A stretch of 63,026 nt of DNA, the filler included, from Globobulimina sp. (Eukaryota), in assembly GCA_003354225.1 (NCBI GenBank). It is 27 parts of 27 records of this genome, joined end to end, with 100 filler letters (N's around TTAATTAATTAA, not from the genome) between each part and the next. Parts side by side here need not be neighbours in the genome. Positions count along the whole stretch, not along the records: positions 1 to 2,240 come from PIVH01007963.1; positions 2,341 to 4,580 come from PIVH01007964.1; positions 4,681 to 6,920 come from PIVH01007965.1; positions 7,021 to 9,260 come from PIVH01007966.1; positions 9,361 to 11,599 come from PIVH01007967.1; 22 more parts are not named here. One strand, 5' to 3'. Shown piece by piece: positions 1-11,699 of the stretch. Every line of letters starts with the position of its first letter. Position 1 is the first letter of the stretch. The position numbers were made by a program, and so were the translations under genes. A model generated the notes under the pieces. That model saw only the letters and a list, made by a program, of their open reading frames with translations, searched no databases and was not told the DNA's origin.

Positions 1-116
1 ATCTCTAAAGTTACAATAGAAACTCTTAAAATGATTACATGTTGAACAAAATTCACAACATGTTCAACATGTTGCTGACCCACAGAATGAAAATCTCTTA
101 GAAAGTGTCCACACTC

Positions 117-154
117 TTGAATAAAATGTATACAACGTTTGGAATATATCGTTT
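117..154 (+). repeat. Dispersed repeat family A, internally deleted copy
   Basis: TTGAATAAAATGTATACAAC and TTTGGAATATATCGTTT match blocks at 20872-20955 and 51772-51879. Confidence 0.75.
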
Positions 155-236
155 TTCAGACCAGAAATTTAGTTAAAATACAAGACTGATAATAGCTGTC
201 CACCAATAACCACAAACACAATATGTAATATCCAAG

Positions 237-1934
237 TTAGTTTTGAATATGTTGGAGTGACAAATCGCCAATGCTTGCGGGTGGGCTTGGTCTCAATGGA
301 GCGGAGCCATCGCTTGATAAATGCGGTGGGGAAACGGCGGGATTATCACTGTGAAGTGGTGCTAAATTATAATTTGTGGGAGAGATATAAGATAAATGTG
401 TATGGAGTATAGGAGGGGGCGGTGGAGGTGTGGAACGGTTGTGGTTCGCATTTGTTGTATCATTGCAAGGGGAGCCAACCGGATTTGCAGTGACAATGCG
501 GTTGAGTCGATCATCGCTATCGATGGTAAACACTTCATTGTTGATAGATTTGAACGTCTCGTTAATATCATCAGCGATGTTGAGGAACAATTCAGAATTG
601 TTACTAGGTGGTGAAATATGGTTGTTGAGCTGCGCAAAATCATTGTGAGTGCGGTAAAGTTGAGGTAGAGCCGAATTATGTACGATTGGTGAGTACGGAA
701 TTGCGTGCTCATTGTTATTCGAATACGAATGGCTGGTTTGGAGTAAATGCGAATCAACGGGTTTGATAGTCAGCGGATCTGACTGTGCTGTAATATGATC
801 TGAAGGTACAAAATTTGTAATAGAGTCAGAATGTTGTTGCGGAGGAGAGGGAGGACGAAGGGACTGCGTGGTTGAAGGAGCTGGGATGGCATAGACTTTT
901 TGGTTGGTGACATGGTCAATAAACGCAGAATCGAGCGAAGAGCCGGCGGCAGGAACGTAACGATCTAAACTGTCCATCATTTCTTGTGTATCTCTAACTG
1001 GAGCCGGTAAAAGGTCGCGTAATTCAGAAGCAAGATTGTGATTCGATATCTGTTGAGAGAGAGGTACCTGAATCGGTGTCCGTGCGACAGATGAAAATAA
1101 ATTGGGGATGCGATCATTGCTTCTCTCGGTTTGCACACCGGTACGGTTTAGGATGCCATGATTGTAATTCAGCGCAATTGCAGGTGCTCTAATTAACGAC
1201 GGCTGTCGTATGGGATGGTCACTGTAAATATTACTAAGAGCATATTGATGGATGTTCGACTGTGCTAAATTGTCTTCATTGAACGTCCGCAAGTTCTCTG
1301 CGGTAAGAATATCACCGCATTTCTTCTTGAATTTCTTAACTGTGCGCAAATCGAAATCGTGGACTAATTTCATGCAGTTTAACTCAACGAAATTCGCTGC
1401 ATAAACTAAATACTTTTTATTGATGCGAGAAAGGCGTAAATGAGTCCAATACAATTTAGCTAATTTGATCTGGGTCGCCGTGATACGAAATAATTCTTTA
1501 ATATGAGCCTTTGCTAATTTATTGGTCGTTGAGTTCAACAGGAAATAATACGATCGATTTAATGGATTGCTATGTATTATTTGTGGTTTACAGAGATGGC
1601 GTAAGCCGAAGATATCGAGTTTCTTATGTTTAAAAAGTAATAAATTATTGGTATGATGTGTTAAACGTAATATTTTATAATAACAGCGGCGGTAAAGTTT
1701 AATTAATCGGAACATATTGTACGGAATAACCAATTTGGAATTGAAATTGGTGAGAGGTTTAACGATAAATGTTTGTCTGCACATTTTGGCCTTCGAATAG
1801 CGCTTCATCGAAGGGGATATATTAGCGCGGTGAGGTAGTTTCCTCCATGAATTATAACAATGATCGATTGATCGAGGACATTTCATTACTTTGTGGAATA
1901 AATCCATTGTATTGGTCCGTATGTTACGACTCAT
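237..1934 (-). CDS. Orphan 565-aa protein with basic N-half and Pro/Ser/His-rich C-half; candidate retroelement-associated ORF
   Basis: Long intronless ORF with no recognisable domain, starting about 180 nt downstream of a hammerhead-like motif on the same strand. Confidence 0.6.
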   Translation of the reverse strand: MSRNIRTNTMDLFHKVMKCPRSIDHCYNSWRKLPHRANISPSMKRYSKAKMCRQTFIVKPLTNFNSKLVIPYNMFRLIKLYRRCYYKILRLTHHTNNLLLFKHKKLDIFGLRHLCKPQIIHSNPLNRSYYFLLNSTTNKLAKAHIKELFRITATQIKLAKLYWTHLRLSRINKKYLVYAANFVELNCMKLVHDFDLRTVKKFKKKCGDILTAENLRTFNEDNLAQSNIHQYALSNIYSDHPIRQPSLIRAPAIALNYNHGILNRTGVQTERSNDRIPNLFSSVARTPIQVPLSQQISNHNLASELRDLLPAPVRDTQEMMDSLDRYVPAAGSSLDSAFIDHVTNQKVYAIPAPSTTQSLRPPSPPQQHSDSITNFVPSDHITAQSDPLTIKPVDSHLLQTSHSYSNNNEHAIPYSPIVHNSALPQLYRTHNDFAQLNNHISPPSNNSELFLNIADDINETFKSINNEVFTIDSDDRLNRIVTANPVGSPCNDTTNANHNRSTPPPPPPILHTHLSYISPTNYNLAPLHSDNPAVSPPHLSSDGSAPLRPSPPASIGDLSLQHIQN

Positions 1935-2111
1935 ACTGCCGCAGTATAACCAAATCTAAATAAGTTGCTACTAAAATTCGCTCTAATATACAGGAGCTGC
2001 AATAGAAGAACGATAATTCAGTCTCAGGTAGATTAATATAATAGATTTATTTTGTGGTGTTTGTTTCTAGAAGAGGTTAATTTTCAAACAGTATATAGGA
2101 AGTTTTAGTTT

Positions 2112-2145
2112 CCGACGTTTCGGCAAAATGGTGCCTTTGTCAAGG
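2112..2145 (-). ncRNA. Minimal type I hammerhead ribozyme motif (Penelope-like variant, U3-A8)
   Basis: Minus strand CC-UUGACAA-A-GGCA(ccauuu)UGCC-GAAA-CGUC-GG: core variant, 4-bp stem II, GAAA, palindromic ACGU minimal stem III, GUC site. Stem I is only 2 bp in cis. Confidence 0.65.
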
Positions 2146-2240
2146 TTTTTAATTTAAAATGTAAAAAGTTTTTGTGTTTAACAAAATACTAAACACAATA
2201 AAGTTTATCCTGTGCAAAAAACACCAAACAAAAAAGAATA
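2139..2240 (-). repeat. Hammerhead-associated (pLTR-like) repeat, copy 1
   Basis: Co-linear similarity to 28867-28968, e.g. ACACAATAAAGTTTATCCTGTGCAAAA vs ACACAAAAAAGTACATCCTGTGCAAAA. Confidence 0.7.
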
Positions 2241-2340
2241 NNNNNNNNNNNNNNNNNNNNNNNNNNNNNNNNNNNNNNNNNNNNTTAATTAATTAANNNN
2301 NNNNNNNNNNNNNNNNNNNNNNNNNNNNNNNNNNNNNNNN
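2241..2340. other. Artificial contig spacer (N-run, TTAATTAATTAA, N-run), one of 26 spaced about every 2.34 kb
   Basis: Identical 100-nt linker with stops in all six frames; flanking contigs shrink steadily from 2240 to 2236 bp, indicating a length-sorted concatenation. Confidence 0.99.
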
Positions 2341-2529
2341 GATTCGTCTTCAATTTAAATCTTTCGTTGTTTGACTAAATTTGACTTTACCTTTTTCATG
2401 AATTTATCATCTCGTGATGATAATCATCAGATGCGGGCATATCAACACAAATTTGAGATTATCTCGCGGAAGTTTTTTTAGGATGCCGTTTTTTTAACAT
2501 TTCATCTTTTGCGTTGGATGACTTGACAG

Positions 2530-4580
2530 ATGTTTTTGAGATTTTATCGGGAGATCGTGGAGGAACTATTAAAAGATGATGGACTTTGTATGTATTCATT
2601 GAGAAAGTTTCAAGTTATTTGTAATGTTTTTAAAATTCAGTAATATTGGCGTCAGGATTAGGAATTTTAGAGATTTTATATAAATTTGTTGAATTGCATT
2701 CAAATCCTAAATCGTTAGTGTTTATTTTAAATTTGTCTAAAAATGACATTGAATTTATAAATATGCGTTTAATGACTAATATTAAAACAAATCAATTGCA
2801 AACAGATAATAAATTATTTTTTAATATAACAGGTGATATATCATCACAAAATCGACAAAATATATATTTATCCGGCGGCTGTATTGCTATTACATCGCGA
2901 GTATTAGTTGCCGACTTATTAAACAATGTCATACCATTTCAATCTATTACAGGAATATTAGTAAATAATGCTTATCAATTATCAAAATCTGCAAACCTAT
3001 CATTTGTGTTAGAGATATTTCGTAAAAATAATAAAAAAGGATTTATTTTAGGATTTTCGGAGAATGCACATAAATTTTGTGGTGGATATGCCACATTGAG
3101 AGATATTATGAAACGCTTATTTGTGTCAAAAGTGACAATATGGCCAAGATTCCGTGTATTAATCGAAGAATCATTAAAAGAGAAATGTGGTTCGAATAGT
3201 ATTGACATTGTTGAATTACATTTAAAATTAACAGATTCACAGCGAATTATTCAAAAATGCATTATGGAAATTATTGAAGGCTTATTAAATGAATTAAAAA
3301 AAACTACATTTGTTCAAAATATAAATATAACCATCGAAAATGGATTATTTTCTGATTTTGATTACAAACTATATATTGCATTTAAACCATATTGGAATAA
3401 ATTATCAAAAAAAACAAAGAATTTAATTTCTGATTTAATAAATTTAAAAAGATTGTTGTCTTATATTTTATCATATGATTCTATCACATTTTATAGGCAT
3501 TTATTATCAATTAAACAATCATCGATTGATAAGATTACAAATATTCCAAAATCTATTTGGTTATATACTGATTCTGCTGAAAAATTGTTTTGTACTTCAA
3601 AACATAGAGTGTATCAATGGTTTAATAATAATAATAATAATGTCAAAGCACCACCAAACAAAAAAAGAAAGTTATCCATAAATAATAACAATATCAATAG
3701 TGATATTGATGGTATTTTAGATATAAAGTTGGAGGTAAATAGGAAATGGACAGTACTAATAAATGTATTGAATGAGATAAGGAAATTACAGAGTGAACAT
3801 TCAGACATATTGTTATCGCCAATATTAATAATTTGTAAAAGTAGATCCGTTTCAAAACAATTGTCCCATATTATATGTAATGGACCAAATAATTTAATGG
3901 ATAAATATTGGGAAACATACCTGCGTCATATTGCACATTTTAATCATATAAATAATAATGAAAAGATCAGTGATAAACAAAAAGAAACAAATTGTTTATT
4001 GACAGAATATCAAAAAATAAAAGATAAACAATGTAAGCAATCACACATTGATCATTATTTCAGTTTGAATGGTGATTTGGATGTGGATGAGGATGAGAAT
4101 AAGGACCACAAAGTGGATGATAATAATAATACTATTGATCCATTCATTGACTTAACAAATGAAGAAAATAAACATAAACAAGATTTATTGACAGCGTTTG
4201 AGGGCAATAATGGTAAATATCATAAGTTTTATAAACAAACGAATGATGACATGGATGATAAATTTGATAATGGAGCATCGCCAAAAAATAAAACGCCAAA
4301 TAAAAATAAAAATAATCGGAATAGACATAGTAGGAAAAGCGAATCGGAAAAACAACAATTTGCTTTTGGTGATGCATTGGATCAGCTATGTGCTGGTTTG
4401 TCGGATAGGAAATATATAAATAATAAATCCAAAATAATAATCCATGCATTGGATGAAGGTGATAATGATTTATTTTTATGGCAAATAAAACCAGAATTTG
4501 TCATCTTATATGATAATAATCTATCATTTATCCGCAAATTAGAAGTGTTTCATTCATATTATAATAAAAAGAATTTAAGA
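2530..4580 (+). CDS. ERCC4: DNA repair endonuclease XPF/ERCC4 (Rad1/MEI-9), N-terminal helicase-like region, 3'-partial; intron 2588-2640
   Basis: Spliced start MFLRFYREIVEELLKDDGLLILASGLG; ITSRVLVADLL, GFILGFSE, IWPRFR, SYDSITFY, KPEFVILYD..FIRKLEVF. Confidence 0.92.
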
Positions 4581-4804
4581 NNNNNNNNNNNNNNNNNNNN
4601 NNNNNNNNNNNNNNNNNNNNNNNNTTAATTAATTAANNNNNNNNNNNNNNNNNNNNNNNNNNNNNNNNNNNNNNNNNNNNAAATGCCTATTCGATTATAG
4701 TTCTGTAAAAATACCCAATGAAAGCTTTTCTGTGCTTGCTATACATTTTGCCATTTGTCATGGCACCGGTTTTTAAATTTTACCGCACCAAACAATAAAA
4801 CAGT

Positions 4805-6835
4805 ATGAGCTCAATGAACAATAAAGTAACTACTTCACCTCCATCCACAAACAAGTCTCGTTCCAATTCAACCTCTGTACAACATGACCAAATCTCAATC
4901 AACTCCTCAACACATACCCATTCCTCCGCATCCTATAAACAAGAATTGATGGACAGTTCAGTATTACTGGATAACATCAACGAAGCCCTAACTATATGGG
5001 ACAACACACAGTTAAACAGTGAAAGTCATACACTTCCATCATTCATAAACAACCCCAACTTATTCAGTCCAGCATTACCACCGTCAAACACCACCATCAA
5101 CAACAACAACAACAACAACAATCCGCCCTTAATACCCACCCAACATTCACCAAAACACCATCACAAAAAAAGGCGCCATTCCCATCACAAACGACACAAC
5201 AAACATAGCATCAACAACAACGACAACAACACCGCCACCAACACCTTCGTGGGAGGTCCCCATCAAACCTATTACATCAAAGACGACACTATGGATCGTG
5301 TGGCAAAGCCCAAAACCAAGACTCCCAAAAGCAAACGGCGCCATATGATGACTGCTGCGAATATGCGCAGATATTTATACATCAACAACATCGACGATAT
5401 ACCCACTTTTGTGTTAGAAAACGACCGCAGATTGCATTTATTGGCCGAGATGATCGAGTTAAAACGCAATGAATTGGAACGCATTTCTGGCCGACACGAT
5501 TATACCTTGTCTTGCATCATCAATCTGTACATTTCTGCCACTGCCTCGGTGGTGAATCTACGCAAACAACATCGCGATTTGTCCTCCTTTGCCGAACAGC
5601 TGTCGCGAGAGGGACAGATACGAAATAATATCAGCGACAATATACTATCCACTTTGCACAACATCGAGGAACAACGCAAGAACTTATTGAACAAAATAGA
5701 GTCTCCCTCCTGGGAAATCCGGCATCATTTTCATATTTTGTCGTTTGAGCACTTTCGCGGCAATCAGCAGCCGCATTTATTGGAAATAGCGCAGGTTTTG
5801 CCGTGTCGGCTGCAAATCGCAGCCATCAGCCATCAATCCAGCAATGTCAATGATAAGTTACTGTCTCTATTCAACACGAAACAGAAAGAACGCGATTTGT
5901 TATACAAGAAACTATCGCAAATCGACAAGAAGAGGAATTTGACCCAATGCCATTTGAAAGACTATAAGAAAATGATGACGATTATTAAGAAGAATATTGG
6001 CGAGAAACGCTTGAATAAATTGAAAAAAGGCAAGGAAATACCGGCGAGCAGTTATAATGCGATGAGTCCGCCCAATGTGGCGACGGATATTAAGAAGAAA
6101 GATAGGTTTCGCAGACAGTATTTGTCCGGCATTGGCATTACGATTAAGGAGAAGAAGACTTTTAATTTGGTCGAGTTTGTGACGCAAATTAATAAATATC
6201 TATGTGTGTCGGGCAAGGAAACGCGTAAAGAACTGTCGGAGTTGACCAATAACAACGATTTAATCAATCCGATAACGGGACAGATAAATAACCCAAGCGA
6301 GAAAGGGGACAAATTGGAAGAGGATAAAGTCAAAACTGAGCAAGAAATCGAGATCAAGACAGTTAAGAATGAGGGGAAGAAAGAGTTTAGATTTGAGTTT
6401 AAAGAGAAGCTGCAAAGGCAAAATATATTGAATATCATTGATAGGGATAAGTTTGTGATCAATGAGTCTTTGCGAAGGGAGAACGAGAATATTGTTAAAA
6501 CTGTGTATTGTGTGACATTGGCGGATGGACAGGGAATGGGTATGGATGGTGAGGAGGATAAGGAGGCGGATGAAGGCGATGAGGACGAGGACGAGGATAT
6601 AAATGAAGGCATTGAGGAGAGTAAGGAGAGGGATAAGGATATGATTGATGCGCCGCATAGGGATTGGAGTGTGTTGGCCAAACATTTGAAGGATTCGAGT
6701 AAGGAGCAAGCGCGAAGGAAACAGATATTGAAGCAGTTGGAGAGGATATTGCATGTCAGGGAAGGCTTAATTGTTGGATTCGAACAATTGAAGGAGATAT
6801 ATAATAATTATCAAAATAAAAAAATACAGAAATAA
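4805..6835 (+). CDS. Hypothetical 676-aa low-complexity/coiled-coil protein
   Basis: Long ATG-to-TAA ORF with Asn/His runs and an acidic tract; no family recognised. Confidence 0.75.
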   Translation: MSSMNNKVTTSPPSTNKSRSNSTSVQHDQISINSSTHTHSSASYKQELMDSSVLLDNINEALTIWDNTQLNSESHTLPSFINNPNLFSPALPPSNTTINNNNNNNNPPLIPTQHSPKHHHKKRRHSHHKRHNKHSINNNDNNTATNTFVGGPHQTYYIKDDTMDRVAKPKTKTPKSKRRHMMTAANMRRYLYINNIDDIPTFVLENDRRLHLLAEMIELKRNELERISGRHDYTLSCIINLYISATASVVNLRKQHRDLSSFAEQLSREGQIRNNISDNILSTLHNIEEQRKNLLNKIESPSWEIRHHFHILSFEHFRGNQQPHLLEIAQVLPCRLQIAAISHQSSNVNDKLLSLFNTKQKERDLLYKKLSQIDKKRNLTQCHLKDYKKMMTIIKKNIGEKRLNKLKKGKEIPASSYNAMSPPNVATDIKKKDRFRRQYLSGIGITIKEKKTFNLVEFVTQINKYLCVSGKETRKELSELTNNNDLINPITGQINNPSEKGDKLEEDKVKTEQEIEIKTVKNEGKKEFRFEFKEKLQRQNILNIIDRDKFVINESLRRENENIVKTVYCVTLADGQGMGMDGEEDKEADEGDEDEDEDINEGIEESKERDKDMIDAPHRDWSVLAKHLKDSSKEQARRKQILKQLERILHVREGLIVGFEQLKEIYNNYQNKKIQK

Positions 6836-7020
6836 AAGTGATATATGATATGATTTGTACCGTATGTATTGTTAAACAAATAATTTTTATTTTTGTGTTG
6901 TAATTTATTTCATTGTTTTGNNNNNNNNNNNNNNNNNNNNNNNNNNNNNNNNNNNNNNNNNNNNTTAATTAATTAANNNNNNNNNNNNNNNNNNNNNNNN
7001 NNNNNNNNNNNNNNNNNNNN

Positions 7021-8366
7021 AAATAATCATTTTCTAAAAAGCCTAAATCTTCCCTAGCTTCCAAAAATTCACCTTCTTCCATTCCTTCACCAACATACCA
7101 ATGAACAAAAGCTCTCTGAGAATACATTAAATCATATTTCCCACTGATTCTCTCACTAAATACTCTAACGATCGCCGTATTATTCCCATACATGCAACAC
7201 ATACGTTTGGTTGCCGCAATATTGTCATCCGGCAAAATATTATGCATTTTATCATTCAGCCCAATTTTGATTCCCGTTGGACACCATTCCACAAATTTCA
7301 TTTTATTATTAATCTTACACCAATGTGCTGCTTCATTTGCTTCCTTCACTGCAACATCGCCACGATATTGCAGTGCCATGCTCATATATTTGTCTTCTTC
7401 AACACCAAAATCTGCTATTTTAACACAAAAATATTCAGACGACAAAGCCTTTTCAGTCAAGCTTTGTATGTCACAATTCAGCGTTTTTATTTTCTGTATT
7501 GTAGAAATCGGAGATAACGAACTGATCAGAAAGTGAAGTCTTGGGAATGGCACTAAATTGGTTTGATATGCATTTAAATCGGCATTTAGTTGATTTGAGT
7601 ACCACCGCAATCCACAAGTCCAACTTGATTCGATTTTAGCAGTTAATTGATTTATATCACTGTATGTTGGATGTTTTATATCTAAATATTTGTCACAGAT
7701 TTCATACATTGCCTGGTTGTCAATGACCGATGTTACTTCTGTATGATCCAACAACCAATGAGTTGCTAATAATGCATTGTATGGAGCTACAACGTTTGTG
7801 CTGTAAGTTGGTGACGGATAAACAGTGAATGATAGTTTTGATTTTTTTCTGTAATCCACAGCAATTCTTTCTAATATTAATGCAGCTAAACCAGAACCAG
7901 TACCACCACCGATTCCGTGATTTATTATAAAACCTTGATAGTTATCGCATCCATCAATCAGTTTCCGCAATCTATCATTAACTTTATCAATCATTTCATT
8001 CCCGACAGAGTAACGACCTCTGGCAAAATTATTTGCTGCATCTTCCTTTCCAGACAATAAAAATTCTGCACTGAATAAGTGTCGGTATTCAGACACTTTA
8101 ATATCGTCAATTACGTTACGTTCTAAATCGACCATTAATGATTTTGCTACAAATGTACTGCGGCCTGTTTCGTCAAACAAACATTTGAAACTGTTATCTT
8201 TAATGGCATGTTTTGTTGGACCATACTTTTGCCATTGTATACTTGTTGGACCATTATGCTTTCCCGTTGAGTCAATTCCATGTTCCATGCAGTAATTATT
8301 CCAGCATACATATCCAGTCTGAATTCCACATTGTCCAACGTCGATTTGAAGTATTTCTCGGACCAT
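7021..8366 (-). CDS. tubA: Divergent alpha-tubulin (retarian alpha2 type), C-terminal tail cut by contig end
   Basis: MVREI..VGQCG, GKEDAANNFARG, GGGTGSG, QTNLVPFPRLHF, RAFVHWYVGEGMEEGEF; THWLLDHTEV and FVEWCPTG as in foraminiferal alpha2 tubulins. Confidence 0.95.
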
Positions 8367-8427
8367 TTTTTAATTTGAAAAATATTTGAAAGTTTTATTT
8401 TCTCTGTCTAATTAATTTGTTACAGTA

Positions 8428-8570
8428 CTTTAGAATAGGACCTGTTTGAAACACTGCGTTTTAGAAAAATTTTAAAACCTATGGAGAGGTTATCACCATC
8501 TCCCAACAAAACGACTTGCGAATTTGCGGATTTTAAAAACAATGTGTTTTAAACAGGTCATATTCTAAAG
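8428..8570. mobile_element. MITE, 143 bp, about 30-bp TIRs, TA target-site duplication (Tc1/mariner-type)
   Basis: Left CTTTAGAATAGGACCTGTTTGAAACAC vs reverse complement of right end CTTTAGAATATGACCTGTTTAAAACAC; TA at 8426-27 and 8571-72. Confidence 0.8.
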
Positions 8571-8611
8571 TATGTAGATTTTGTTTTAGTTGCAAGCAAT
8601 GAATATACAAA

Positions 8612-9260
8612 TTATTGATCATTTGCAAATTCTGGCAGATTAAACGAATTTCTTTCATAATCAAATATTGTTTGTCCATTCTTATATACAAATTTTTTGC
8701 TCACATAACAAGCAACCAAATTACTAATGTCATCATAACTGACCCGTTTCATTTTTTCCATTTTCATCTTACTCACCATATTTATCCTTATGTAACCATC
8801 CACCAACAACTTATTATAATATGCATCATCCACCACAGCGACTACTTTGCCATAAAACATCATTTGATTATGATCCATTCCAATAATTCTGCCCAATGGC
8901 CTATACTCCTTAAATGATGTTAACGCAATAGCTCCGCGGCAATGATTTATTACTCTAAATTCAACCTGTGCGATATCATCAAATTCAATAAAAGATGGAT
9001 TATACTCATACTCCTGATATCTGCTGCAACTTCTCTTTCTCCAATGAATCCGAATCAACTCACAAAATGCTCTGCTATTTTGAACACATATTGACGTACA
9101 ATATCCATTTTGATATCCATAATTTCCATATATCCATTTGGATCGTACAAATCGTGCCGCTCTCATCTTATATACAAATCTAACCCGAATCAATGCAATG
9201 AAGCGCACGACACAGGCTCTGATCACATATATACGCATTGTAGAATCATTCTGTTTGCTT
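8612..9260 (-). CDS. Hypothetical protein, probably 5'-partial
   Basis: ORF of about 208 aa ending TAA; no recognised domain. Confidence 0.45.
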
Positions 9261-9360
9261 NNNNNNNNNNNNNNNNNNNNNNNNNNNNNNNNNNNNNNNN
9301 NNNNTTAATTAATTAANNNNNNNNNNNNNNNNNNNNNNNNNNNNNNNNNNNNNNNNNNNN

Positions 9361-11599
9361 TTTGGATCGGAATGATGTCGTGATAGATGTGCATGCGACT
9401 GCGACTGCGGCTGTGATTGAGGCTGTATATGTGACTGAAACTGTGACGGCGGACGTGATTGCGATTGTGATTGTGGATGTGGACGCGATTGTGATTGTTG
9501 CGGCGGCGAATGTGAGTGTGCGCGCGGATGATGTCTATGTGTATGAGGGCTGTTATTATCATTCGACGAATCAGAATCCGTATTACGTGCTGTCGGCACA
9601 CTGTTATAATCAGTTAATCGCTTTTTTTTGGATTTTTTCGGTAAAAATATTTGTTTTATCGCATTCATATTATGACGGTCATGCTGTTCATTCTCATTTC
9701 CTTTCTTGTTGATGGCCGCATTGGTTGGATTCAGATGATATGTGTTTGGATATTCATATTCCTCGTAATTCTCCATAGTCTCCATGGTCTCCAATGCATT
9801 GGCACCGCTGGTACCGACAAACCGAAAATTGGAGCCTAATTTCTTTGGTCCCATACTGTTTACACAAAATGCATAAAACACACACACACAAATACAATAC
9901 ACACAGACTAAACTGATGCGGTTCCATTGGCGACGCCGGCAGCTTGCTGTCAAAATTAAATTTTCCCTCCAAACACGCGCGGAAATCGTCCAATTTCATC
10001 CTCAACACCCTCGAATTCTCAATAATCTTCGCGGTGAAATCCGGCACATAGTCCAGTATCGGCTTATTGTATCGGAAGCATTCCACGCAGTGATCCAATG
10101 CATGCGGACACAAATAAGACCACCGCGTCAACTCACAGCGAAAGCCCTGTCGTCCCGCATAAATCTCGCACTTCCCATCCAATAACAACGTGAAATACCT
10201 CGTCTTCTTATCCCTTTGATACAGCAACAAACCGTTGTCCTCAATGTCTTTGTACGGATCTCTCTGCGTCAAACCGGAGGTGTTTACGTTATCAATGCCG
10301 TTATCAAAGGTGTGCGCCGTATCGATCCGCCGCCCAAACTTGGAATTCACGACTTGGTCGTCGTGGTTCACCACCACGCGGATCACAGACGAGGTGGCCA
10401 ACAGATTCTTGATGCTCGCCTCGGAAACCAACCTATTCTTCGGCGTGAAGGGCTTAATGGTTTGCGACAAAAAATGAAACACCGCTTGCAACTCTTGCGG
10501 CGGTAAGGTGGTGCACACGCGTTGGCGGTGCATGTGGTCGAATATATGCAGCATATTCCAGTCAATGTGGCGATTGGTACGCAGCATATGCTTATTATCC
10601 ACGAAATTGTCGTGTTCATCGATCAATTGGGTCTGCAAAACGTGCTCAATCACGTCCTCTAAGGTGATGATGCCCACATATTCGTAGGTATTGTCCGTCT
10701 GCGAGTACAGCGCAATGGTGTTGCTGTGCTTATTTTTGTTGGTGACGACGTCTTGTACGAAGGCTAAATGTTGCGAGGTTTTCACGAAGATTTCTAATAA
10801 ATGCTGTAAGGTGTCGTCCTTCCACACAATGGGCGGTGTTTTGTGCTTGAAGGCGTTCATAATTTGCGTCACTGGCATCTCGTCGTCGGGGTCTAATAAA
10901 ATTAAGTCCTTTACGTACAATAAGCCGACACACGCGATCCGCCCGAATTTGTCCTGCGTGTTGAAGATGGGAATGCGCGAATGGCCCGATTTGAAGATCT
11001 CGGTCAACACATCGAAGGAGAGTTTACTTTCGTCGTTTAACCAAAATACATCCTTCATTTCGGTCATGCAGTTCAAGACCAAGGCGTCTTTGAGCCCCAA
11101 TGCACCTTTTAACATTCCCGCGGTGTCGCCACTGACACCGGTACCTATACAGTATGTGGTATATTTATTGAATTGAGTGCAAGTGCGAGGATATGGTGGA
11201 TATGGTGGATATAATTAAGTACCTTCAATTTCTGCATGTATGTCGACTAATTTTTGTAGCTCTTTGTTGCTGTACACAGTGCCCAACTCGTCGCCCAATA
11301 CTTTGTCTAATAAGTATGAGATGGGATAGGCGATGACGGCCATGAGCCACATTAAGGGCCAGACAATCCAGATGGTTTTGGCACCGATTTCCAAGGCGTA
11401 CCGGGAACACAAGGCTTGCGGTATAATTTCACCGAAGATGGTGATGGTTGACACGGATATGAAAAAGCCGATGGTGCCGGAGGTTTTGTCGGCTAATAAG
11501 ATGGAGAGCGCTGAGTTTACAGCAACGTTGCCGATTAATAACGTACATAATAACCAGTTGCCGTGTTTGCGTAAGGGTTGGATTTTGGTGGCGGCAGCC
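9361..11599 (-). CDS. CNNM: CNNM/DUF21-CBS metal transporter, partial; introns 11145-11222 and 9856-9913
   Basis: IFGEIIPQALCSRY, GHSRIPIF, VGLLYVKDL, GIITLEDVIE and a cNMP-like region; both GT-AG introns restore frame. Confidence 0.92.
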
Positions 11600-11699
11600 N
11601 NNNNNNNNNNNNNNNNNNNNNNNNNNNNNNNNNNNNNNNNNNNTTAATTAATTAANNNNNNNNNNNNNNNNNNNNNNNNNNNNNNNNNNNNNNNNNNNN

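Noticed and set aside
6052-6754. Antisense ORFs of 160-210 aa overlapping real genes, also seen elsewhere
   Set aside because: Shadow frames of biased coding sequence with no independent motifs.
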